NCBI GenBank assembly: GCA_050952625.1 | Contig: JBMNLH010000001.1 | Coordinates: 224,001-288,000 of the forward strand | Reading direction: 5' to 3' | Source of the DNA: Bacillota bacterium | GTDB lineage: Bacteria; Bacillota; Ch66; Ch109 | DNA: 64,000 nt | Notes under the pieces: generated by a model | The model's database searches: none | What the model was told of the DNA's origin: nothing | The model's input: the letters and a program-made list of their open reading frames with translations, nothing else | Made by a program: the position numbers and the translations under genes | In this document: piece after piece, positions 56,281 to 64,000 of the stretch | Position numbering within the stretch: the first letter of the stretch is position 1 | Layout: the number at the start of each line of letters is the position of its first letter

Positions 56281-58956
56281 ATGAAACAAATGACCCTGGC
56301 CACTGTTTATGATCCAAAAACAGTGGAGGAGAATTGGTATCAGTTTTGGACGGAACATAATTATTTTCGGGCGGAAGTTGATCCGGCCAAAAAACCTTTT
56401 TGTATAGTCATGCCCCCGCCGAATGTGACCGGCTCACTCCATTTGGGGCATGCCCTGGACAATACCCTGCAGGATATTCTGACTCGGTGGCGGAGAATGC
56501 AGGGGTACAGTACTTTATGGTTGCCGGGAACTGATCATGCCGGGATCGCGACCCAGGCTCGGGTAGAAGAGCAGCTGGCTACCGAAGGGGTAAGCAAGTA
56601 TGACTTGGGACGAGAAAAATTTTTGGAGCGGGTATGGGAATGGAAGCACCAATACGGTACCCGGATCACCAACCAACTTCGGTTACTGGGCTCCTCATGT
56701 GATTGGTCTCGGGAAAGGTTTACAATGGATGAAGGGTGCTCCGAAGCGGTTCGAGAAGTTTTTATCGACCTGTATCACCGGGGCCTTATCTACCGGGGTG
56801 ATTACATTATCAATTGGTGCCCCAAATGTCAGACTACTATTTCGGATATTGAAGTAGAGCATGTGGAACGGGATGGGAACCTTTGGCACCTTAAATACCC
56901 GATAAAAGACAGCCGGGAACACATTGTCGTTGCCACGACCCGGCCAGAGACGATGCTGGGCGATACGGCTGTCGCGGTTCACCCAGAGGATAGCCGATAT
57001 AAGCACCTGATTGGCCAGACCGTTATCCTGCCTTTGATGTGGCGGGAAATTCCAATTATTGCTGACGAGTATGTGGAATCCGAATTTGGTACTGGCGCGG
57101 TTAAGGTTACTCCAGCTCATGATCCGAATGACTTTGAAATGGGGCTGCGCCACCAATTGCCGCAAGTGGTCGTGATTGGCCAAGACGCACGGATGACTGA
57201 GCAGGCCGGCCGTTATGCCGGCATGGACCGGTACGCCTGTCGGGCTCAGGTGGTTCAAGATTTGGAAAACCTTGGCCTGCTGCACAAGAAAGAAGAGCAC
57301 CATCATGCGGTCGGTCAGTGCTACCGGTGTGATTCGGTCGTTGAGCCGCTAGTCTCCAAACAATGGTTTGTCCGGATGAAACCCTTGGCTGAACCGGCGA
57401 TGGAAGTAGTCAAGCAGGGCCGAACCCGGTTTGTCCCGGAACGGTTTTCGCGGATCTATCTGAATTGGTTAGAAAACATCCGCGACTGGTGTATTTCCCG
57501 GCAGTTGTGGTGGGGACACCGTATTCCCGTTTGGTACTGTCAAGCTTGCGGCGAAGTGATATGTCAAAAAGACGATCCGACAAACTGCCCGCAGTGCGGG
57601 GGTCAGAACCTGCGGCAGGACCCGGATGTTCTGGATACCTGGTTCAGTTCTGGTTTGTGGCCTTTTTCAACCCTGGGCTGGCCGGAAAAAACCGCAGAGT
57701 TGACGTACTATTATCCGACAACAGTTCTGGTCACCGGCCGGGATATTATCTTTTTCTGGGTAGCCCGGATGATTTTCAGCGGGCTGGCTTTCATGAATGA
57801 AGTGCCCTTCCGAGAGGTATTGATTCACGGATTAATCCTTGATGCCCAAGGTCGGAAGATGAGCAAATCTTTAGGCAATGGGGTTGATCCTATTGAAGTG
57901 ATTGAGAAATATGGGGCGGATACCCTCCGCTTTATGCTCATTACCGGAACCACGCCGGGTAATGATGTGCGTTTTCACCTGGAAAAGCTGGACCAGACCC
58001 GAAATTTTGCCAACAAGGTTTGGAATGCCTCGCGTTTTGCGATTCTCAACCTAACCGACTTTGTCCCGGACTCAAGCGAAGAAGAGGCACCGCAGACCGA
58101 CACCAGCTTAGCCTTGGCCGATCGCTGGATTTTGAGCCGGTATAACCGGGCGGTAGACGAAGTTACGCGGCATTTAAATAATTACGATATTGGCGAGGCG
58201 GCTAGGGAGGTCTATGAGTTTATTTGGAATGAGTTCTGTGACTGGTATATTGAACTAGTCAAGCCGCGTCTTTATGGCCGCGAAACGGAAGAATCCAAAC
58301 GGCAGGCCCAAAAGATTTTACACTATGTGTTGAATAATACCCTAAAACTATTGCACCCCTTCATGCCTTTTATGACTGAAGAGCTTTACCAGCACCTGCC
58401 CCACCAGCATGAGAGTATTATGATTGCTCCCTGGCCGATATTTAGGGAAGCTCAGGCCTCCGCGGCGGCGGAAAGAGAAATGGGCCTGCTGATGGACATT
58501 ATTCGTTCGATTCGCAACCTGCGGGCCGAATTAAAATTGCCCCCGGGTCGAGAAGTGGAGATTATTCTGGTCTGCGGCGATCAGGAAATCTTGTCAACCA
58601 TCAATCAAGGGACCGGGTACATTCAAAACCTGGCTACTGTCTCAAAGATCGAGGTTTATTCAGAACTAGCCGAACGACCGCGCCAAGCACTCACGGCCGT
58701 TGTGGGTTCGGCAGAAATCTATTTGCCTTTAGCCGGGCTAGTTGATCTGAATAAAGAGATTGCCCGTCTGGAAAAGGAAGTTGACCTGATGGACAAGGAA
58801 ATTAGCCGGTTGGATAAAAAGCTGAGCAATCAAGGCTTCTTGGCCAAGGCACCGGCAGCAGTGATTGACAAAGAAAAAGCGAAGCTGGTTGAATACCAGG
58901 TTAAGAAAGAAACCCTTGTCAAAAGACTGGCCGCTTTGCGAGCAGCCGATGGTTAA
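56281..58956 (+). CDS. valS: Valyl-tRNA synthetase
   Basis: [31 protein letters not shown]-terminal coiled coil. Confidence 0.98.
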   Translation: MKQMTLATVYDPKTVEENWYQFWTEHNYFRAEVDPAKKPFCIVMPPPNVTGSLHLGHALDNTLQDILTRWRRMQGYSTLWLPGTDHAGIATQARVEEQLATEGVSKYDLGREKFLERVWEWKHQYGTRITNQLRLLGSSCDWSRERFTMDEGCSEAVREVFIDLYHRGLIYRGDYIINWCPKCQTTISDIEVEHVERDGNLWHLKYPIKDSREHIVVATTRPETMLGDTAVAVHPEDSRYKHLIGQTVILPLMWREIPIIADEYVESEFGTGAVKVTPAHDPNDFEMGLRHQLPQVVVIGQDARMTEQAGRYAGMDRYACRAQVVQDLENLGLLHKKEEHHHAVGQCYRCDSVVEPLVSKQWFVRMKPLAEPAMEVVKQGRTRFVPERFSRIYLNWLENIRDWCISRQLWWGHRIPVWYCQACGEVICQKDDPTNCPQCGGQNLRQDPDVLDTWFSSGLWPFSTLGWPEKTAELTYYYPTTVLVTGRDIIFFWVARMIFSGLAFMNEVPFREVLIHGLILDAQGRKMSKSLGNGVDPIEVIEKYGADTLRFMLITGTTPGNDVRFHLEKLDQTRNFANKVWNASRFAILNLTDFVPDSSEEEAPQTDTSLALADRWILSRYNRAVDEVTRHLNNYDIGEAAREVYEFIWNEFCDWYIELVKPRLYGRETEESKRQAQKILHYVLNNTLKLLHPFMPFMTEELYQHLPHQHESIMIAPWPIFREAQASAAAEREMGLLMDIIRSIRNLRAELKLPPGREVEIILVCGDQEILSTINQGTGYIQNLATVSKIEVYSELAERPRQALTAVVGSAEIYLPLAGLVDLNKEIARLEKEVDLMDKEISRLDKKLSNQGFLAKAPAAVIDKEKAKLVEYQVKKETLVKRLAALRAADG

Positions 58957-59029
58957 AAAAGCCAGAAGCTGCTGGATTATTCTATCCCGATTGTTTATAA
59001 TTATTTTAGAAAATAAGACGTCAATATTA

Positions 59030-59114
59030 TGGCTGTCATTGCTATGAATATACCGGGATGACAGATGTCCGCAATTCTATTAGTAGTTGTGCCCTATGGG
59101 CAGGTACGGTTAAT
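59030..59114 (+). repeat. Internally deleted copy of the composite repeat
   Basis: tgtcattgctatgaatatac joined to ggatgacagatgtccgc, then tagttgtgccctatgggcagg..gttaat. Confidence 0.7.
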
Positions 59115-59144
59115 TTAGAATAAAAGTTAACCTGAGGTTGAGCC

Positions 59145-60542
59145 GTGAATTATTTAGAGGCTTTAGCGTATTTAAACCAGTTGACAAAATTTGGCATCAA
59201 TCTAGGCCTTTCCAGAATGGAAAGGCTTTTAGCCATTTGGGGAAATCCCCATCAACAATTAGCTTGCGTTCATGTCGGAGGGACGAACGGCAAAGGGTCA
59301 GTTTGTGCGATGGTGAGCAGCATTCTCCAGGCCGCCGGCTTCAAGGTGGGTATGTTTACCTCACCCCATCTGGAAAGCTATACTGAACGGTTTCAGATAA
59401 ACGGAGAGGCGATTCCAGAAGCAGAAGTGGCTCAATTAATAACCGAATTGCGACCTCATCTCGAGCAGATGGTGGCAGAAGGATTTGAGCATCCGACTGA
59501 ATTTGAGGTTAACACGGCCCTTGCTTTTCAGTATTTCCACCGAGCCGGGGTAGATCTGGCGGTAATAGAAGTCGGAATGGGTGGCGACTTAGACTCGACC
59601 AACCTGATTACCCCTTCGGTTTCCATCATTACGAATGTTTCACTAGAGCATGAGCGGGTCCTAGGGCACTCCCTTCGGGACATTGCCAGGACCAAAGCCG
59701 GTATAATTAAGCCGAAGGTGCCATTAGTTACGGCGGCCGAAGGAGAGGCTTGGCCCGTGTTACGCCGGGTAGCCAGTCAGTTGGCGGCACCAGTGATCCG
59801 TATACTTCCCGGCCCGCCAGCCCAGAATGAATTTACGCCGTCTTACCGAACTGTTTGGTTAAACTCGATCCAGTCTAGGAATTCTGGGTTACCCCAGCCG
59901 ACTGCGGTCCAGGTGATGAAGGGACAAACCCTTAGTGTGCGGGGGTTACAACGGGAGTATCGGGACCTTTGGATCCCGCTGCTTGGGGAACACCAAAAGA
60001 TAAATGCAACGGTGGCGGTAGCGACGATTGAGTTATTACGAGAACAAGGCTTACCGATCAGCGATGCTGACATTTACCAGGGGCTTCAGGAGACAATCTG
60101 GCCAGGTCGCCTAGAATTGGTAAGCCAAAATCCAATAATCTTACTAGATGGGGCGCACAACCCGGCCGGAGCCCGCTGTCTGGCTAGTTTTTTAGGCGAG
60201 AGTTTTCCAGATCACCGGCTAGTTTTAGTTATCGGAGTGTTAGAGGATAAAAATCGGGACCTAATTGTTCAAGCGATTGCTCCTTTAGCCAATGAGATTA
60301 TCGTTACCGAACCGCCCGGACCCCGATCTGGTAATTGGACCGAGGTTGCCCGACTGGCGGAACATTATACTGATCGCGTGATTATTCAGGATCGACTGCC
60401 CGATGCTCTAGCAAGTGGGGTTGAGTTGGTGCAAAAATACCAGCACAATGGCCAAGCCGCCTTATTGTGTGTGACTGGTTCTCTTTATCTGATCGCGGAG
60501 GCTAGGGGGATATTAAAGTTCCAAGAGAGGGAGAATACTTAA
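59145..60542 (+). CDS. folC: Folylpolyglutamate/dihydrofolate synthase
   Basis: HVGGTNGKGS, FTSPHL, EVGMGG, WPGRLE, LDGAHN, TGSLY. Confidence 0.97.
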   Translation: MNYLEALAYLNQLTKFGINLGLSRMERLLAIWGNPHQQLACVHVGGTNGKGSVCAMVSSILQAAGFKVGMFTSPHLESYTERFQINGEAIPEAEVAQLITELRPHLEQMVAEGFEHPTEFEVNTALAFQYFHRAGVDLAVIEVGMGGDLDSTNLITPSVSIITNVSLEHERVLGHSLRDIARTKAGIIKPKVPLVTAAEGEAWPVLRRVASQLAAPVIRILPGPPAQNEFTPSYRTVWLNSIQSRNSGLPQPTAVQVMKGQTLSVRGLQREYRDLWIPLLGEHQKINATVAVATIELLREQGLPISDADIYQGLQETIWPGRLELVSQNPIILLDGAHNPAGARCLASFLGESFPDHRLVLVIGVLEDKNRDLIVQAIAPLANEIIVTEPPGPRSGNWTEVARLAEHYTDRVIIQDRLPDALASGVELVQKYQHNGQAALLCVTGSLYLIAEARGILKFQERENT

Positions 60543-60785
60543 TTATAACAATCGAGAAGAATCCCGATGACATTTCTCGTTAGAAGTATGATATAATTAA
60601 CGATGGTTTACATGTAGATTAGTTTTAGGGTCATAATGGTTCATTCTGGCAAACTTGATGCAACCTTACTTATGCGTTCTAGCGGTTAAAGATCCAGATT
60701 AATTAGCCGATGGATTGGATTAATAAACTGGATATCAGGGCACTACTAAGGGCGTATGTCTGGTCTACTCGAAAGAGAGGGATGA

Positions 60786-61418
60786 TTGTTGATTTTTAAC
60801 CTCAAATCTCGGGAAGACAAGTTTTATCAATTTTTCCGAGAGGGTTCCGAAACAGTCTGCAACGGTGTCGCCATTTTACGAGATGCGCTAAATGATTACG
60901 AACGATTGCCGGCCAGACTAGACGAATTAACGGCCATTGAACAGGTTGGAGATTCTATCACTCGATCAATCCTAGAGAAATTGAATCAGAGCTTAGTGAC
61001 GCCTCTTGATCGAGAAGATATCTACATGCTGGCCCGAGAATTGGATCGGATCTTAGACCACGTCCATGGTACTCTGGAAAAGATGGTTTTGTATAAGACC
61101 GGTAAACCGACTGAAGCTGCCAAGGAATTGGTGAGAATTTTGGTTCAGGCAACGGAGGAAATTAAAAAAGCCTTCGCCGTGCTCAATGATTTGAAAACCA
61201 ACTATAACCTAGTGTTAGAATTATGCGAGGATATTAAATTTCAGGAGAATCTGGGAGATCATTGTTATCGTAAGGCAGTAGCAGCTCTTTTTGAAGGAGG
61301 ATTGGATCCGATTGAGGTCATCAAATGGAAGGAAGTCTATGAGCATCTGGAAACTGCATTGGACCATTGCGAAGATGTAGCGAACCTCCTCAAAGGGGTG
61401 GCTCTCAAATATGCCTAG
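60786..61418 (+). CDS. DUF47 phosphate transport accessory protein
   Basis: TPLDREDI, IKWKEVYEHLE..D.CEDVAN; coupled to Pit transporter. Confidence 0.9.
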   Translation: MLIFNLKSREDKFYQFFREGSETVCNGVAILRDALNDYERLPARLDELTAIEQVGDSITRSILEKLNQSLVTPLDREDIYMLARELDRILDHVHGTLEKMVLYKTGKPTEAAKELVRILVQATEEIKKAFAVLNDLKTNYNLVLELCEDIKFQENLGDHCYRKAVAALFEGGLDPIEVIKWKEVYEHLETALDHCEDVANLLKGVALKYA

Positions 61419-62403
61419 CGGAATAGTCTGGTTAGTGATCGTTGTACTGGCTGCTCTCTTATTTGACTACATTAACGGTTTTCATGACACAGCTAACGCT
61501 ATCGCTACTTCGGTGTCAACTAAAGCTCTTACACCGCAGCGGGCAGTAATGTTAGCGGCAGTATTAAATTTTATTGGTGCTTTAAGCGGCACAGCTGTGG
61601 CCGGAACTATCGGGAAAGGGATTGTCGCGCCTCAGGACATTACCCAAGAGGTGGTGGTGGCTAGTCTAATAGGTGCTATTTGCTGGAATATTATTACTTG
61701 GCTATCTGGTATTCCCAGTAGCTCTTCCCATGCTTTAATTGGCGGAATTGTGGGTGCGGTAGTTGCGGGATATGGATTTGGAGCACTTATTTGGGCTGGC
61801 CTGCAAAAAATTATCCTCATTCTTATCCTTTCTCCAATTCTTGGGTTCACCAGTGGCTATTTGATTATGACCATCCTTTTCTTTGTTTTTGGGCGGAAGT
61901 CACCGGTTAAAGTAAATGAGGTTTTTCGGCGACTCCAGGTTTTTTCAGCGAGTATGATGTCTTTTTCCCACGGCTCCAATGATGCTCAGAAATCGATGGG
62001 AATTATCACCATGGCCTTAGTGAGTGCCGGGTTAATAACCGAGTTTCATGTACCGCTGTGGGTTATTCTGGCCTGTGCGACTGCGATGGCCTTAGGAACC
62101 GCTGCCGGCGGTTGGCGAATAATTAAGACAATGGGTGGCAAGATTTTTAAGTTGGAACCAATTAATGGTTTTGCGGCAGACCTGAACTCATCCTTAGTTA
62201 TTCTGACCGCCACTCATTTCGGCATGCCGGTAAGCACGACTCATGTTGTTTCAACCTCAATCATGGGAGTGGGGACTGCCAAAAGAGTTAAGGCTGTGCG
62301 TTGGGGGACAGCCCGTTCGATTGTTATGGCCTGGATTTTAACTATCCCGCTTAGTGCGATAATATCCGCCTTGGTGTATAAAGTTATTATCTTGGTATCA
62401 TAA
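61411..62403 (+). CDS. pit: PiT-family inorganic phosphate transporter
   Basis: NGFHDTANAIAT, PSSSSHA, HGSNDAQK, PVSTTH. Confidence 0.93.
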   Translation: MPSGIVWLVIVVLAALLFDYINGFHDTANAIATSVSTKALTPQRAVMLAAVLNFIGALSGTAVAGTIGKGIVAPQDITQEVVVASLIGAICWNIITWLSGIPSSSSHALIGGIVGAVVAGYGFGALIWAGLQKIILILILSPILGFTSGYLIMTILFFVFGRKSPVKVNEVFRRLQVFSASMMSFSHGSNDAQKSMGIITMALVSAGLITEFHVPLWVILACATAMALGTAAGGWRIIKTMGGKIFKLEPINGFAADLNSSLVILTATHFGMPVSTTHVVSTSIMGVGTAKRVKAVRWGTARSIVMAWILTIPLSAIISALVYKVIILVS

Positions 62404-62473
62404 TTACTAGCTCATTAAGGATCAGCAATCACTAAAGATCAGCTTGAGATAAACAAATTTGACAGGGAGGGAT

Positions 62474-63109
62474 ATGGTGAAAACCCTTAAGATACCTGAA
62501 GCAACCATTATCCGTCTATCCGTATATTCACGATATTTGGCTCAGATTAAACGAAAAGGCGTTGTAACTATATCATCTGGAGAAATTGCCCGAGGAGTAG
62601 GTGTTAGTTCGGCCCAGGTTCGTAAGGATTTAGCCTATTTCGGTGAATTTGGCACGCGTGGCGTTGGTTATAACGTGGGCGAGCTTTATGGGTACCTAAT
62701 GAAGATTCTCGGGTTAACTACCCAGTGGAAGTTGGTAATCGTGGGGGCTGGTAAGCTTGGCTCAGCTTTGGCGATGTATGGCGGTTTTGCTGAGCGCGGC
62801 TTTAAGGTCGTTGGTATTTTTGATAATGACCCTCGAAAGATTGGTCAGAAGTTAGATAACCTTGAAATAATGGATATCAGCCAACTCCCCAAGATTGTCG
62901 AGGCCAATGAGGCCAAGATAGGTATTATCGCGGTGCCGGTAGAAGAGGCGCAAGAAGTAGCCGATACTCTGATCAAGAATGGTTTAAAGGCGATTCTCAA
63001 TTTTTCACCCCGGGTTCTGTCAGTTCCAGATGATGTGGTACTCCGGAGTGTTGACCTTTCTGTCAATCTGGAAATACTGAGTTTTTATCTGGATGCGCAG
63101 AAACGCTGA
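62474..63109 (+). CDS. rex: Redox-sensing repressor Rex
   Basis: IPEATIIRLSVY, QVRKDLAYFGEFGTRGVGY, GAGKLG. Confidence 0.96.
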   Translation: MVKTLKIPEATIIRLSVYSRYLAQIKRKGVVTISSGEIARGVGVSSAQVRKDLAYFGEFGTRGVGYNVGELYGYLMKILGLTTQWKLVIVGAGKLGSALAMYGGFAERGFKVVGIFDNDPRKIGQKLDNLEIMDISQLPKIVEANEAKIGIIAVPVEEAQEVADTLIKNGLKAILNFSPRVLSVPDDVVLRSVDLSVNLEILSFYLDAQKR

Positions 63110-63195
63110 GGCAGGAGCAGTGGTCAACTGACGTCTTCCACTTGGAAGGCGTTATTTCTGTTTGTTGATCATTGAGTCTGGAAATGGGGGGTAGC

Positions 63196-63456
63196 ATGAG
63201 AGGACTTAGTGATAAAAGTGTCTGGATATTGCTAATCCTACTGGTAATTGGGGGCATTATTGGCAGTTGGCTTGGCGTTGTTTTAGTAAAAATGTGGCCC
63301 GGGTTTGGTTTGCTTGGTCAGACCGAGGTAATCGGCTTACCTCCCACAACCCTTGATTTGCAGATTCTTTCAGTAACTTTCGGTTTTGCCCTTAGATTAA
63401 ATCTACTGACAGTCTTAGGGTTTATTCTAGCTTACTTGGTTTTCCGACGGCTGTAG
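63196..63456 (+). CDS. DUF4321-like small membrane protein
   Basis: GGIIGS..G, TLDL....TFG..L.LN pattern; position upstream of maf. Confidence 0.75.
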   Translation: MRGLSDKSVWILLILLVIGGIIGSWLGVVLVKMWPGFGLLGQTEVIGLPPTTLDLQILSVTFGFALRLNLLTVLGFILAYLVFRRL

Positions 63457-63507
63457 CCAAACATTTTTTATGACAACCATGACAAACCGGCGTGCGACTA
63501 ACGTATT

Positions 63508-63668
63508 TAATAGGTATACCTTCTTGTGGCTGCGATCTGTGCCCATGGGTTTCGGCGTCATTATGTCCGCTATTCTTCATAAGTGGTTTTGTCCTTGGGG
63601 CAGGGCATGGGTGGTTAATAAGTATATCCTCTTGTGGCAGCGATCTGTTCACCATAGGTTTCGGCGTT
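63508..63668 (+). repeat. Module C flanked by ~50-nt imperfect direct repeats
   Basis: taataggtataccttcttgtggctgcgatctgtgcccatgggtttcggcgt vs taataagtatatcctcttgtggcagcgatctgttcaccataggtttcggcgt. Confidence 0.7.
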
Positions 63669-63761
63669 GAAAACTGTGAAATGTGAAGTGTATGGAATTT
63701 GCCGGCCAACTCATACTACTCAAAATAGTTAAGATTAAAAAACGACAAAGGAATTGGTTCC

Positions 63762-64000
63762 ATGCAGTTAGTGTTAGCTTCCGCTTCACCGCGGAGAGCG
63801 GAGTTGTTAAAAAAGATTGGTCTGGACTTTATAGTCCGGCCAGCAGTTACTGAGGAAATTATTAAACCAAATCTAGATCTGCTTGAACAGGTTAAAAGCT
63901 TGGCCTTGCAAAAAGCCCGGGTTGTAGCGGAAACGCTATCAACGGGTCTGGTTATTGGAGCGGATACGATAGTTGTGATGGGTCAAGAAGTGCTTGGAAA
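63762..64000 (+). CDS. maf: Maf nucleotide pyrophosphatase (3' partial; absent from ORF track)
   Basis: Own translation MQLVLASASPRRAELLKKIGL...KA...VIGADTIVV...VLG. Confidence 0.93.
   Translation, partial: MQLVLASASPRRAELLKKIGLDFIVRPAVTEEIIKPNLDLLEQVKSLALQKARVVAETLSTGLVIGADTIVVMGQEVLG

Noticed and set aside
60640-60720. GGCAAAC start suggestive of a c-di-GMP-I riboswitch
   Set aside because: GAAA tetraloop stem and GACGCAAAG segment are missing
63422-63709. Three overlapping short ORFs before maf
   Set aside because: They are translations of repeat DNA without RBS

Overview
Chromosomal window from an anaerobic, flagellated, probably spore-forming Bacillota (Clostridia/Peptococcaceae-like; inferred from lonB, sigma28 promoters, hcp, rex and a T-box-type leader). 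1-25 kb is a co-oriented stress/defence island: ter-associated PRTase/StiP-like/HAD/AIM24/TerD-TerA genes, a DUF4236-TPR protein, a TerY-P triad (vWA, PP2C, kinase) with a coupled beta-helix-TerD protein, a type III-like Wadjet operon (jetD-A-B-C), an eroded MNT-HEPN toxin-antitoxin pair absent from the ORF track, and an EndoQ(PHP)-UvrD fusion. 25-31 kb holds a redox/nitrosative module (Fe-S protein, Rrf2 with a visible operator, hcp, CGGC protein) and a PIG-L deacetylase plus SenB/GLT1D1-like glycosyltransferase pair. 34.6-43.5 kb is a sigma28 flagellar satellite locus with a flagellin split by two +1 frameshifts. 45.7-64 kb is core: tRNA-Leu, tRNA-Gly, tig-clpP-clpX-lonB-lon-yihA, valS-folC, DUF47-pit, rex, maf. 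Intergenic DNA carries a nested palindromic repeat family, IS200/IS605-end remnants and two unassigned structured RNA candidates. No CRISPR array found. All family assignments are from motif recognition by eye; no searches were run.
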